64,000 bases of DNA from Octopus sinensis. Lineage: Eukaryota. The stretch covers positions 20,460,001 through 20,524,000 of the forward strand of contig NC_043013.1 in assembly GCF_006345805.1 (NCBI RefSeq), in the 5' to 3' direction. The notes below the pieces were generated by a model that made no database searches, was not told the origin of the DNA, and was given only the letters and a program-made list of their open reading frames with translations. Within the stretch, counting starts at the first letter, position 1; each line of letters opens with the position of its first letter. Below, piece by piece: positions 13,207-27,321 of this stretch. The position numbers were made by a program, and so were the translations under genes.

Positions 13207-14591
13207 TATCTTTTCATTTTCATTTCCACTTTCATTTTAATTTTATTTTCTAATTTTTTAACTTTTTAATATTTTCTTTTTATTCAAGATAGTTTTTTAA
13301 TATTTTTCTGTTTTGGTTTTTCATCTTCCATTCTTTATTTTCCAACTTCTCAATTTTTCATTTTGTCAGTTCTCCACAGTTTTCTCTTCGTTGCTCTATT
13401 CTACCATCTTTCACCCTTAGCTTTCGGTTTCTCCATCGATAAACCGATAAGCCCCTCCCCCAAGTATCACCTCCTCCTTCTACCTGTTCATCTTCTCCTC
13501 GAAGCTCAGCTTTACTTCTCGTAGCATAGTGTCCCCTCTAACCATCCTACTACAGCATCACCCTGTCATATCTCTCTGTACTAGACCACGTCCATGTTGC
13601 CTGAGACATACCAATATCTTTTACTCACCAGCCCCTTCTAGGCCACGTATCTTATCCTTAAAAAAATCTGCGATCATGTTGGTAAACGTGACAGAACATA
13701 CTGGCTGAGCCAATTCCAGAAGAAATGTCAACTACATAACCTATAGCCGCAATCGATATCAGGTGCCTACAGATCCCTGTGATATCATAACCAGATACAT
13801 CCTCTGCAAGATGATCCGTGAGAAATATAATACGCTCCGGAAAATCTACACTAATATCGCAGTGAACCCCGCACACCACCGGCCACGCGACAGACCCCTT
13901 GTTAGATATATCAGCCTAGTAACGCGCAGACACTACACCAAACAGATGTTCTACACCAAATGCGAACAACTCCCCTGTTGATCCCTCACTTTTCACACCA
14001 CCACCCAGGGATATACAAACAACAGACACCACTCCTTCACCTCACACCTCACTAACAGCATACACCAGCCAGAGGGAGAGCAATGCGACTCACTGGTCAC
14101 CGACCTGACCGGAACACTGACCCTGGAGGAAAAGGGGATACTGAGCAAAGGCCCCAAGTATGCTGTCACTCGGAAACTCCCGGAACACACCATCACCACC
14201 TATGTCTCCAGAATGGCATGCGTGCTTCTATGGGCACAAAAGGGCCATACAACCAACGGACAGTACCAGGCTGTTTCCAACGAATGTCATTTATGAAATG
14301 ACCTGTATTTACGGGGAGAAATATATTGGATCGACCATGCGAGAACTTCATGTCAGAGGGAAATAACAGTTTCACAAGGCCACAACACCCAGGGTCGCAT
14401 TCCAGCACCACCAACACTGCGATGGAGAATTCTCCACTCGAATACTGACCAGGGGAACAGATACAGTCAATCTCCGAATAAAGGAGGCAAATTTCATCAG
14501 GAAGAAGCCTCAACCGCCGGAACGAACTTGACGGTCGGAAGTTCATTTTCTGCCATCGCAAACTTTAACCAACGGAACCTGCCAGCAGTAA

Positions 14592-14957
14592 TCTCTCTCT
14601 ATATAAACGGCAGTTTGTCTGTGCGTGTTTCTGTGTGTATGTTTGCTTGTACCCTCACCCTGACCACGGCTTTCAACCGATTCTGATGAAACTTGACACA
14701 CACATAGCCCAATGTCATAATTCAAAACTAACGCAGCTAAATTTTGAAAAGTTCCCCCAGTTCTGAAAAAAATCGATAAATTCGACATGGGGTCGAGAAT
14801 CAGAAACACAAACCGTCTAGGGGACGCAACTCCACCTTTTTCTACTCTCAAAAAAAATTTACCATAATTTTTTTTCCATTTTTTGGCTATAACTCTCTAA
14901 AAATGCTTTATAGTTATTTCCCTTACAAACCTGAGCAACGCCGGGCGATACTGCTAG
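14592..14957 (+). mobile_element. Non-autonomous Helitron
   Basis: 5' TC, 3' CTAG, inserted between A and T, subterminal hairpin CCTGAGCAACGCCGGG; second copy at 59266-59651. Confidence 0.85.
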
Positions 14958-15155
14958 TAACTGTATAAAGGGAAGAGTGTGATAAACGATTATAGATCCG
15001 AAATCGCTCTCTTAACCCAATAACCCTAGAACTAGCAACAAAGCTACACATAGACCCCACGCCAACAGTAAGTCCTCTCTATATTTTTATCTATCTATTT
15101 ATCCATCTGTCTGTCTGTCTATCTCACCCTCTCTCTCTCTCTCTCTCTCTCCCTC

Positions 15156-15214
<59 letters not shown>

Positions 15215-16655
15215 ATATATATATATATATAACTATCCGCTAGACCTTTTAAACTTTCTAAATTTTCAAAATTTGAAATTTCTGAACCTTTGAACTTTGA
15301 AAATTCGAGAAGAAAAAAAGACTTTCGGGATTTTCTCAAACGAGGATTTCCAAAGACCTCCTCACTGGTCACATAAATATATTCATATTAATACCTCAGT
15401 TTTTCGTTATCTTTTCATTTTCATTTCCACTTTCATTTTTAATTCCATTTTCTACATTTTTAATTTTGTAAGTTTTTAATTTTTCTCTTTCTCTTTAAGA
15501 TAGTTTTTGATATTTTTTCTCTTTTTGCTTTTCATTTTCAGTTTCTAAATATTCCATTTTGTCAGTTCTCAACAGTTCTTTTCACTGCTCTATTCTACCA
15601 TCTCTCACTCTTCTCCATCGATAAACAGCTAAACCCATCACCTAAGTATCACCTCCCACTTTTACCTGTTCATTCTTTCCTCCTAGCTCAGTTTTACTAC
15701 TCTTAGCATAGCATCCTACTACGGCGTCGCCCTATCACAACTCTCTGTACTATATATATATATATATATGCATATATATGCATATATATATGCATATATA
15801 TATATATGCATATATATGCATTTATATATACATATATGTATATATATGTATATATATAATTAATATATATATATATATACATGTATATGTGTATTGTTGT
15901 TTTGTGTATATATATGTGTGCAGGTATGTATATACATGCATATATATATATATATATATATGTATACATTTATATGTGAATGTATAAATGTGATTAATTT
16001 CTAATTGATTGGATATTGTTGAGCAATTCCAATGAGAATCTGTACATGTTACTAATCCCCAGCGTAATCCCATTGTATTAGTTTTAAAAGCATTTTAAGC
16101 TAATATAATTATGTAAAGTAATTAATATATCTATACAGCATCACATCAGTGAGGTGGCATATTTGTCAGAGTGGTATTTAGGGACTGTACTTTGTGCTCG
16201 GAGTTCAAATCCCGCTGGGTCCAGTTTGCCGTTTATTAATTCTGTGATCGATAAAATATAATGACTGAAGAACTGGGATGCATTTAATCAGCTTGATCGA
16301 TTAAGTGATTCTCACTAAAGCATTTTCGATATCATACTTATGTTAGAAATTGATATGTGTGCAGCAGCAGCAGCCAAAGCAGCAGTGATATGGAGGTAAT
16401 TGTTATCAACATGGTGATTACAAAATAATTAATCAAAAATATTACAAATTCCAGTTATTGAAGAAATGTGAAAAGCGAACGAATAAAGAAATCAGCGTGT
16501 AGATCCAACGTCTGAATCAATTGCTGGCATTTCCAGTATTCTTTGACATAGCATTGCTTTCTACATTCCCTCAATTGTTGGAAATAATTTTTTGAGTAAG
16601 TGAGACTTAGGATGTACTAGGGATCCATTATAAATGCATGGAAGTACTATCAGTA

Positions 16656-16893
16656 TATATTTCTTTACTGCCCACAAGGGGCTAAACACAGAGGGGACAA
16701 ACAAGGACAGACAAAGGGATTAAGTCGATTACATCGACCCCAGTGTGTAACTGGTACTTAATTTATCGACCCCGAAAGGATGAAAGACAAAGTCGACCTC
16801 GGCGGAATTTGAACTTGGAATTTGAACTTGGAACAGAAAAAATGCGGCTACGCATTTCGCCCGGCGTGCTAACATTTCTGCCAGCTCGCCGCC
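16656..16893 (-). mobile_element. SINE family B (Nin/Deu-like domain) with Tx1-type tail, TSD CTATCAGTA
   Basis: Head GGCGGCGAGCTGGCAGAA, domain GAGGTCGACTTTGTCTTTCATCCTTTCGGGGTCGATAAA; TSD 16647-16655 and 16894-16902. Confidence 0.9.
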
Positions 16894-17099
16894 CTATCAG
16901 TACTATCAGTATACTTAAGATCTACTATAGATCTATGGAAGAACCACTATAACTCGCTATATTTGTGTGACTTTACCTGAAAATAAAAGGAAAATGCTAA
17001 GACACCATGGACCGCCACGGTACCTGTCGGACATATGTCCCTATTCCTGCGACTGAGTAATAGCCATTTCAAAAACGTCCCTCCTCTCTGCCCCACTCT

Positions 17100-18400
17100 G
17101 TATTTCGCAGTCTCTGCTCTTAAAGAATTGATTTTCCATTTCTAGACACAGTTCCTTAGTGTGAATAGTCTTTCAACGCTGACAAATGAAAAACCATCAA
17201 ATTAATCAAAAACTCCTAAAACAAATTACATTTTTAATTAAAATGTCTATCAGTTTTATCTTTTAAGTTGTGCCTAAACGCAAGAATATTTTCTGCAAAT
17301 TGTCTACTGTTAAGCAATAATTTCTTCATTAATCATCAAGTTAATTTATACTGTTTTCTGGTTCTATGGATAGGAAATGAAATACTAACAGGATGTTAGA
17401 CAGAGAAAATATATTGCAACAAGAAGTCACCTTTGTGCTTGATACCTTTAGTTTTACAATAATTACGTCTTGGCTTAAGCAAAACCTCTTTCCGATTTGA
17501 ATACTAAGTTCCACGAGAAAATTCAAGCAATCAGTTTGACATCTTGGATATAAAGATTTCATTCTGGTTCCATGAAACAGAGAACATGTAACCGGAAATA
17601 TTTATTAAAGATTCCCACTGAAAGTAAAAGTGTGTGTATTTGATTCCACAATTGCTTAATGTAACATAAATTATCCTGGTGCTCTCAACGTTGTCAACTC
17701 TCGATTAACTTTGGAAATACAGATGCATCAAATTCTCTATAATATAACTGTTGTAACTGCTTCTCATGAAAAGCACCAAGTTTGTACAAGTTTTGGTATT
17801 TCATGGCAAATTGTTGCAACCGTTTCCTTAAAAAGTGTGTCGTTTTATATAACAGCGAGAAAAGAGGTGAAATCTTTGAAAGTCTTTGAATAATAGGACA
17901 AAACAGTTGACAGCCTGATTAATTCAAAGAATGAAGATATTGACAAATGTTTCACGTAATGAAAACATATGACACAATCTCTTCCAATCGCTTTTTGTAA
18001 TCTACTTTAGCATCCATCATAGAATAACAATTATAACTTGTGAATCTAATATCTTCCAGAGAAATATTTCTTCATCGCAACGAAGATTTGACAGGATTGT
18101 AAAGATTAAAAGACCGTTTCATATTCAGCACTTGCTCTCTATAAAATTATATCCACGACATCATACTTATTCAAATTAATGTATCTCTATTGCTGAATGT
18201 GGGTGACTTAAATGTCTGTCGTTTGAGCAATTATGGCAGAAAAGCTTGGTGTTTTGCAAATAATTGCTATCACAGTGTTTCATTTTCTCGAAATACTTTT
18301 CCATTCAAAAATATTGCCTTGTCTATTGACAACTTTCCAGAATTCTACTTTACCAGAAATGCTTTCTTCCATACTGTCGGAAGATGTTTGTAAATAGGCT
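17100..18400 (-). pseudogene. Highly decayed hAT-like transposase remnant
   Basis: Minus strand near 17110-17185 reads SVERLFTLRNCV*KWKINSLRAETAK, like the hAT C-terminal dimerisation motif (xxERxFS...RNxL); extent uncertain. Confidence 0.45.
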
Positions 18401-18625
18401 ACGAGGAATGTAACTGTAATAAGCTAAACTTCACAGTTCACAGGTGTGGGAAGAAGCGAACATTATCATAGTTTAATTGATCATATATCACTGACTAGGT
18501 ATGCTCCCCTCACCTGATATACATCCCTGATTGTACATACACCCCGCATTGGATATACACTTTTGGTCAATAATCTTATGTGTACCCCATCTAAAAATAG
18601 CAACTTATTTTAATAAGATACAGTA

Positions 18626-18787
18626 TTTGCAAGAGATGTGAACGCCGAGACGGATACAGAGGACCGGTGATTATGGATGAGGAGGAGTGGCCCAAATATA
18701 GAGACAGAAGCACTCATACGAGTATGCGCAGCTCAGGAACAAGCGTTAAGGACTAATTATATGAAGTGCGGTATAGACAACACTACC
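18626..18787 (+). mobile_element. Short internal fragment of the R4/Dong LINE
   Basis: Close reverse complement of 24169-24324 (CAAQEQALRTNYMKCGIDNTT). Confidence 0.9.
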
Positions 18788-19270
18788 AATAAGATACAGT
18801 CGAAGTAAATGAAAATATACATTAACTACTGTAATGCCTACCTTCCTCTAACAGTTGAATAATCCATGCTAATTAATCGATAGAAAGGAATATTTTCTAA
18901 ATTCGTGTTGTCAAAATACAAGGATCATTAATGACATTATTTTAATGTGAAGTTAATGAAGACCTTATGCTAATAGATGGTACATAAATATAGTTTGCTG
19001 TTTTATTATTAAGATATCTTTGTTAATTCTATGTCATTACGAAAACCGCTTATGCAAATGAATGGTGCTACTAGCATGAGCATAACCAAGATTCTAACTG
19101 GTGGGGAGGATTTTCCATACTAAAATAGATCCATTATTAACTGCAAAAATTTGCGAAAAACAAAACAGAATTCGAATAAATATTAATCGAAACGGAACAT
19201 CTAGTTCTAGGTTAGAAAATGGTTTGTAACCAGCTGCAACAGAAGATTTTTATTAATTTTTGTCATACAA

Positions 19271-19804
19271 AGGCGATGAGCTGGCAGAATCGATAGCACG
19301 CCGGGCAAAATGTTAACCGGTATTTCGTCTGTCTTTACGTTCTGAGTTCAAATTCCGCCGAGGTCGACTTTGCCTTTCATACATTCGGCGTAGGCAAATT
19401 AAATATCAGTTGCGTACTGAGATCGATTTAATGGATTGGTTCCTTCCCCACAAAATTCAGGTCTTGCACTTAGAGTAGAAATGATAATTTTTTGTCATAG
19501 AAAGGCAAGGAGCTGGCAGAACAGATAGCATGCTGAGGTCGACTTTGCCTAACGATTCTGCCAGCTCGCTGTCCCGTTCCATTGTGGAATTGGTTTCAAA
19601 TTTTGGCAGAAGGCCAGGGATTTCGGAGGGTATGTCGAATACATCGACCCAGCGCTCAATTCGTGCTTATTTTGTTTAATCAAATCCGAAAGAATGAAAG
19701 GTAAAGTCGACCTCGTCGGAATTCGAACACAGAATGTAAGGACAGACGAAATGGCGCTAAGCATTTTTGTCCTGCACAGTAACGATTCTTCCTGCTCTTC
19801 GCCT
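19271..19804. mobile_element. Cluster of SINE family B copies (19271-19482 +, fragments 19503-19570, 19590-19804 -)
   Basis: Repeated GAGCTGGCAGAA head and GGTCGACTTT domain. Confidence 0.85.
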
Positions 19805-19972
19805 CAATAATAGACTATATCCCGACTACAATGGCTTCGATCATATATATCATCAGGTTCAGAACTGACTCGGAGTTTTAAAAACATGAACAAACACTGG
19901 CCACAACAACGAAAATAAGGACGACGACGACAACCTGTTTGAACTATCACACTTATAAGGTCAGTAAACTTC

Positions 19973-20177
19973 TACTCTTTTACTTGTTTCAGTCATTTGA
20001 CTGCGGCCATGCTGGAGCACCGCCTTTTAGTCGAGCAAATCGACCCTAGGACTTATTCTTTATAAGCCTAGTACTTATTCTATCGGACCCTTTTGCCGAA
20101 TCGCTAAGTTACGGGAAAGTAAACACACTAGCATCGGCAGTCAAGCGATGTTGGGGGGACAAACACAGGCACACAAA

Positions 20178-20251
<74 letters not shown>

Positions 20252-20428
20252 TATACATATATACGACGGGCCTCTTTCACTTTCCGTCAACCAAATCCAC
20301 TCACAAGGCTTTGGTCGGCCCGAGGCTATAGGCTATAGTAGAAGACACTTGCCCAAGGTGCCACGCAGTGGGACTGAACTCGGAACCATGTGGTTGGTAA
20401 GCAAGCTACTTATCACAAAGCCACTCCT
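19973..20428 (-). mobile_element. SINE family A, full length
   Basis: Homology to 3887-4304. Confidence 0.92.
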
Positions 20429-20540
20429 AAATAATTTATCAGATTTTAGTTGCTGCAACATTTAGTATCATTACTTGTTTCTAATTTAAGTACAGTGTTA
20501 CAAGAGAGGAGGTTCATCGATATCATCACCCTGAGTATTT

Positions 20541-20849
20541 CGTTTTTGGATTTGGTTTGCAAGATTCTTTATGAGTTCGTGTATTGAAGCATATTCTGTT
20601 GTGTCTGGGGAGAGTGATTTTCTTTTTGTGCCTTATTACGTAACAGACTCACCGGTAAAATTTCCACTTTTTTCTTAATTTTATTGTCCTAAAATTTTCG
20701 TTGCGTCTTGCAACATTTTCAATAGTTCTAAGGTTGCAAGACGCAACGAAAATTTTAGGACAACAAAAATAAGAGTGGAAATTTTACCGGTGAGTGTGTT
20801 ACATAATAAGGCACAAAAAGAAAATGACTCTTCTAAGACACAACAGAAT
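20541..20849. mobile_element. Fold-back element with one-sided tail and 14-bp TSD (Penelope-type inverted structure), inside a decayed family B SINE
   Basis: Arms 20593-20714 / 20733-20849; unpaired tail 20541-20592; TSD CACCCTGAGTATTT / CATCTTGAGTATTT (12/14). Confidence 0.8.
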
Positions 20850-22719
20850 CATCTTGAGTATTTGACTGGTAGTTTATTTTATCTATCAATAAGGGAAGAA
20901 AAGCAAAGATACTTTCGGAAGGATTTTAACTCACAACGTAAAGAACCGAAACAAATGGTTTAACGATTCCACCGATTCACTGCCCTGATCAAGAATCATA
21001 AACGCCCAAAAGATTAGCAGGGTGACACTAATTACCACACTTTGATGTAAACTGCTTCATTTGTCATTGCGGTCACTACCAGAATCGTGAGCTATATAGA
21101 AATAGTCTGGTCAGGAAAGAGGTCGGGTCGTGTACAAGTTGTTTTTTCACTCCACACTATTTAGCAATGCTTGTTGGAAGGTATAGCTTTGCACCCAATC
21201 AGATGGAAGCATGATGCACCCGTGAGAAAAAAAGCCCGTGAGCCGTATCTCGACGTTTAGTCGACTGGCTACATGTCAAGCCATCGGCTTGCTCGATTAT
21301 ACTTGATTTGGACATTATTATCATCGTTGTCGTCGTCGTCGTCATCATCATCATCATCATCATCATCATCAAGAACAAGAACAGCAACAGCAACAACAAC
21401 AACAACGCCAGTAAAGTCACTATCAATGCTTATTCAATAATATGTAATTGAACTAAACAACAACATCAAAATACTTATTTTAAATTTATCGAACGAAATG
21501 TGTTTCTTGTATTTGATTCCTTTTGTTTAACCATCTACTTTCTCTGTTAAAGAAATTACTTCAACAAGACTAAATTTATTCCGCATAGAAAACAACAAGC
21601 GCAACAACTGCATCAGCAAACAAGAGGAAGCAACTTTAGATTCCGATTTGGAAGTAGGTGGCGTAATAACTAGAGACTATGTTGCACTTAATATGTTTCT
21701 ACAACATACAAGAAAGAAACTACAATAAGTCTTTTAGTCTTAAAAGGAATCTGTTATCGACTATAATTGACTGAATTCTAAACAAAAAAATAGCAAATTA
21801 TCGATTTTTGTTTATTTCTTAAAGAATTTGGTTTGAAAACGTTTGCATATATTTGGAGTCTATTTTCTTGAATTCTTGCTAAAACAACGGAAGGAATCTT
21901 TCGAGATGATTCTTTATCCAAGCTTTAGCGTTTTTTTTGTTAATAAATGATAATACAGTTTTTTTTAACATCTCTGTCTACTCACTCCATTCATACCACG
22001 TGGTGGCCTCAAATTGGCTGGCTAGAAGTAGCAGCCACGTCTCCCTCAAATTACATCCTTCACACTGTAAAATTTAAAAAATACATTAGAAAAACGTCTT
22101 AAGGATGACTTCAAGCATAAGTCAGCTCGATGAAGGCCGATCTAGGGTTAAAAACAGGTCTTCATACAGTCGCATGTTTAATAACACAACTTCCTTTCTC
22201 TCTCTCACACACACATACACACACACAGTGCATATTTCTTTTATGATTCTATTTAATATAACCAACGTTTGTAAATGCTTGTAAGTGAAACATCGACAAC
22301 GAACTTACGCTACGAACTTCATCACAGATTCGATCAACGAAACTCAGGTAAAATGTCGGCTAACAAATACACCATAAACGCTCTAAGTTCTTAGTCTCTG
22401 GCGTCTCCAATATGAAGGAAATCAATATGTACAGAAGCAATATGACTAGAATTAAGTACTTACATTAGAAAGAATCTTCCTGCATTGAATGAGATTCACT
22501 TAATCATGGAAAGTACATTCTATTTTCCTTCCAGCCATTGTCCAACATTGTAAAAGCAAAATCCATCTTTTTCCCACAGTTGACTATAATGAATACGATA
22601 GCTGATGTAGCACATCTAATACGCCAACAAAAAAATAAATAAATAATAAAAACCATCTTATCTACACTGAGGTCTATTTTGAGCCCGATGTCAGATACGA
22701 TCTCATCCCGTTAATAGTG

Positions 22720-23045
22720 GTACTGATGACCAGACCAAACCAATCGGAGCCTTCAAATTTTGTTTCCGAGACCAGCTCAAGGCAACTCTCCTCCGCTGCT
22801 TCATTGATCCAAATACCTGCAGACAATCGCCGAGGACCAGCCAAAGTGGCGGTGTGTCAACATAAAAGGAAAGGACTGGATGAAAAGTAACAAACGTCAA
22901 GAGGCAGAGATCAGACGTCGAAGACACAAAGAGTGACTCGCACCTCCTCGTCCTCAGCAAACTTCTACTTGCAATAATGCCCCTGGCTCTTTTAAACAAC
23001 CCTTGGCCTGAACAGCCACCTCAGGTACCGGCACCCTTCGCATCT
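22720..23045 (+). mobile_element. RTE-clade LINE 3' end remnant
   Basis: FRDQLKATLLRCFIDPNT...EDQPKWR...CNN...LGLNSHLR, typical of RTE/BovB-type C-termini. Confidence 0.75.
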
Positions 23046-23169
23046 GTTAGAATAAAGGGGCGTAATCACTCGCTAGATATTAACTACCTCTATTCGAGTT
23101 AATGCTGACAACGACGATGAAAAAAAGGTATCGATGGAATGTTAGTCCAACAACACGATAATACGTTGT

Positions 23170-23320
23170 CATGTAACACCTGGTAATACATCACATGCTG
23201 TTACATAGCAGACACCTGATACTACAGCATATACTGTTATACAAGAAACATCTAATGCTATCATACCAAACACTTACGTAACGGAAACCCGAAACTATAA
23301 CACATATTGTTACATAACTT
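23170..23320. repeat. Degenerate ~36-bp minisatellite
   Basis: ACACCTG..A.TACA.CA.AT.CTGTTA repeated about 4 times. Confidence 0.5.
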
Positions 23321-23353
23321 TATTTCTCAAATATTATTAAGATGCTAATTTAA

Positions 23354-23559
23354 GGCGGCGAGCTGGCAGAATCGTAACCGCACTGGGCAAAATGCTTAGT
23401 GGCATTTCGTCAGTCCTACTGTGTTCAAATGCTGCTGAGGTCGACTTTGCTTTTTATCATCTCGGGGGTCGATAAAATAAGTAACAGTTGAATACTGAGG
23501 TCAATGTAATCAACTTACCCACCTCTAAACTTGCTGGCCTTGAGCCAAAATTTGAGACC
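23354..23559 (+). mobile_element. SINE family B, tail CCTTGAGCCAAAATTTGA
   Basis: Head and Nin-like domain as in other copies. Confidence 0.85.
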
Positions 23560-23564
23560 CATTA

Positions 23565-24691
23565 TTACATGATAATTAAATTGGTATCAATGTTACCCTG
23601 AGGTTTGGTGACAAGTCTTCTCAAACTCTTAAAAACCTTCTTTAGGATCCTTGAAGAATACAGGATTGCACATTGTCGCGACTCGGTACAGCGTGTCTCA
23701 AATCCAATATCCTTGAGTCTCTTAGGTAACAGTTTGGATGTTATGCTAGAAGCACCAATTGCCACAGGAGCAATTGTCATTTTAGTCTTCCATGATATCT
23801 TCATCTCTAGATTTCCGTCCCGTTATTCCTCGACTTATTTAATATCTTTGCTATATCGATTAACATATGTGGGCTTTTTTTTTCATAAAAACAGTGTCCG
23901 GTTTCCGATATCTGGTCGGGTGATCACACTGGATCATTGCATCCCACAGGATTTTGCAGTTCTCATTTCCGATGACTGCTTCTGGAGTTTGCTCATACCA
24001 TGTCTTTGCTCTTTGTAGGCCTCGATTTCTACAGAGCTCCCAATAGATCATTTTTGCCACATTGTTATGGCGCCTTTTGTATTCGAGTTGTGCCAATTTC
24101 GGGCATTCACTACCAATGTACCCTACCATTTCACTCCTCTCACCACACATTCTGCATTTGTCACTATCGGTAGTGTTGTCTATACCGCACTTCATATAGT
24201 TGGTCCTTAACGCTTGTTCCTGAGCTGCGCATATGAGTGCTTCTGTCTCTATATTCAGGTCACTCCTCCTCATCCATAATCACCGGTCCTCTGTATCCGT
24301 CTCGGCGTTCACATCTCTTGCAAACTGACCCTACGTTTTTTCCTTCCATGTTTGTTTTTAGCATTGAGCTCTGTTTTCAGTATTGATCTAACTCGTCTAT
24401 TGTATTCATTCTTTATTTTCCCTTTCATTTGTGTGTTCTGTATCGTATCTAGTTCATTGATTCCTAAATATTTGTGTGTTTGGCTTTGATCTAATTCTCT
24501 TATTTCATTGGCTTTATCTAGTGTGATGTTGCTACTCTTACTCAGTTTTTCTCTTTCCAAGGTTGCTTTGGCAATTTTTCTAAGCCAAATTTCATATCTA
24601 TTTCTTTGGTAAATCCATATACTGTCTGTAGTAGTGTTTCCAGCTGTTTATCATTTGTAGCGTATAGTTTTAGGTCATCCATATATAAATA

Positions 24692-24692
<1 letters not shown>
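23565..24692 (-). mobile_element. R4/Dong-clade non-LTR retrotransposon, 5'-truncated and internally deleted
   Basis: RT motif YMDDLKLYA, AAQEQAL, zinc knuckle CRMC..., RHNNV, ILWD...RKPD (restriction-like endonuclease); 5' end abuts (TAA)n at 24693-24731. Confidence 0.9.
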
Positions 24693-24732
<40 letters not shown>

Positions 24733-25116
24733 TCGTTGTTATTTCATATTCTAAATCATAGACCAAGAGACAATCATCAATTGTTATAATTAAATCCATC
24801 TGCGTTCCATTTTATTGAAAACTTCAATATACATCCTTCATGGATCCCGAATATATTAAAGAATTCCCATTTCAAAATGGATGCCGTATTTGATATTTTA
24901 AATTTTTGCGATCACCTTTCGTGTTAGTAAATAACATCTTCATTTCTCCTATCAATAACAAATTGTGTATGCGCTAAGGCTGTCAATATGTGTGGTTATA
25001 CACACACATACACACACACACATATATACATATTTATACATAAACATATACATATAAATATACATATGTATATACATATGTATTACATATGTATGTATGT
25101 ATGTATCTATCTGTAC

Positions 25117-25170
<54 letters not shown>

Positions 25171-25638
25171 TTATGTATGTGTATGAACGTAACATATTGC
25201 ACTTTCTGTCATTGGTAATGTTTACTCAAGATTTCTTTGTTTGTTTAGTATTCTACAATAATTCGGAAGAATTGGATTACATCGCAAGCACGCCACTTTA
25301 CCTGTTTAATGAAAATCTGGTTAATATCATTGTGAATGTGTGTTTGCCTGCAGAGTTCTTTAAAAGTAACCCGAATCATTTCTCCAATACTTGAAAGATT
25401 ATGAACATAGCAAGACTTCATTGAGTTACTACAGCAAAAGATGAAATTAAGGACAAACTTGGTCTGGAAGCCACACATTTACAAGTAGATTACTGTAAGG
25501 TCTTATTTTATTCCACTCCTTGAACTGTACTATCATTGTCTCTCTCACACAGACACACGCACACACACACACACTGTCTCTCTCTTTCATATATATATAA
25601 AGATCAAAACTGAATAGCATGCACACGAGGATATGTGT

Positions 25639-25683
<45 letters not shown>

Positions 25684-25841
25684 TATATATGTATACATGT
25701 ATATATATATATGTATTTATGTATACATATATATATATATATATGTATGTATGTATACATATATATATATATGTATGTATGTATGTATACATATATATAT
25801 GTATGTATGTATGTATACATATATATATATATATATGTATG

Positions 25842-25904
<63 letters not shown>

Positions 25905-25914
25905 ATATATATAA

Positions 25915-25990
25915 GTTAATCCAAACAAGAAAACACAAAAAAACACAACAACGCGAGGACGTGAAACAAATATAGTATTATTGGAGGCTC
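25915..25990 (-). mobile_element. Fragment of the HHR-bearing mini-element seen at 60410-60585, abutting (TA)n
   Basis: Reverse complement aligns to 60505-60580. Confidence 0.65.
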
Positions 25991-27234
25991 ATTTATTCTA
26001 ATATACGTGTTAGTCATTTTCGATCTTCTGTTTCAAACATTAGAAGCCAAAATTAACTATAAAAAATAAGAATAAATAAAAAGAAGAAGCAGAACGAATT
26101 CGAAATTCTTCAGATGAACTAATCTTGAACCAAAGATGAAGATTCCTTGACTGAATTGATTGAAGATTCGAGATGGCTGTTATGACAAGCTTTCCATCTG
26201 TTACTTGAAGCATAAATAAGACTTGTTTTCACAAATATCAAATTATGAGGAGCATAATTGCCAAATAGAATTAGAAGAGAGACCTCTAGGCTACCAAATG
26301 ATAGATTATGTCGCCAATATGAAGTAGCAATAAAGACAGAATTTTGGCTTTTGTGTTGGAATACGATGATTTCATTAGGATCATTTTACGAAAACCGATT
26401 CACCTCAGAATTTTCCATTCCAGAATATAAGGATAAATGAAATAATCTGCAAGATGTGGTTTCAAATGGAAGATATTTTCCACCGGAAGTGACTTTTGTA
26501 TTTACCGAAATATTATGGAATACTGAATCGTTGTTGTTCAGAGTTAAACCACTTGACTGAAAAGAACAATGATCAGAGCGTTCACACCGTAACCAAAGGG
26601 ACTACAAACCTGGATTGCCTGATCTAGTTTGTCCTGCCTATTTTAAGAGGATTTGGAGTGATTTAAGTAAAAGTCTTGGCTGCTATTTCTCAAAAATCAA
26701 GCGCTCTTCGAAGGAACCCTCGTTATCTTGTTATATAAGACTGTGGTCTTTAAGTTTTGCTCTGTGAAGATTCACGGATCTAACAGAATCTGACCATTTC
26801 ATATACCTATTATAGCGCCATGTTTAGCTTTAAACTACAAACAAAGTTAGTACTGTTTTCAATAGTTTTTACTGATTCATGATTAAACATAGCTTCTCGT
26901 TTCGTTCAGAAGTTTTCTTTATTTGCTTCAACAACAACAACATTTAGATAAATAAAATTCCCCGTTACATGATTGTAGCCATGACTGTACATCGAGTAAC
27001 TCTAAAATATTCATTGCCATGCAGAGGTTTCAGACGGACAAGTGGAAATACTTTAACTCGAACAGAATTTTATGTGTGAAGCATGCCAACGAAGACAAAT
27101 AAAATAGAATTGCGTATCTTTGGTGCTGACCATTCTCATATACAGAATCTTCATAAATTATCTTTATAACTTACACAATTTATTGTATCAAATTGTAAAC
27201 GTAATTTATGGAAACCCATTATATATATATGGAT

Positions 27235-27321
<87 letters not shown>

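Larger units (their letters stand above)
12213..15750 (+). mobile_element. Penelope-like element lacking RT, with diverged direct (pseudo-LTR-like) repeats 12213-13583 and 15236-15750
   Basis: N-terminal LTGTLTLEEKGILSKGPKYAV (~14105-14167) runs almost directly into GIY-YIG-type NVIYEMTCIYGEKYIGSTMRELHVR (~14283-14358); the two flanking repeats align once two SINEs are removed. Confidence 0.75.
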
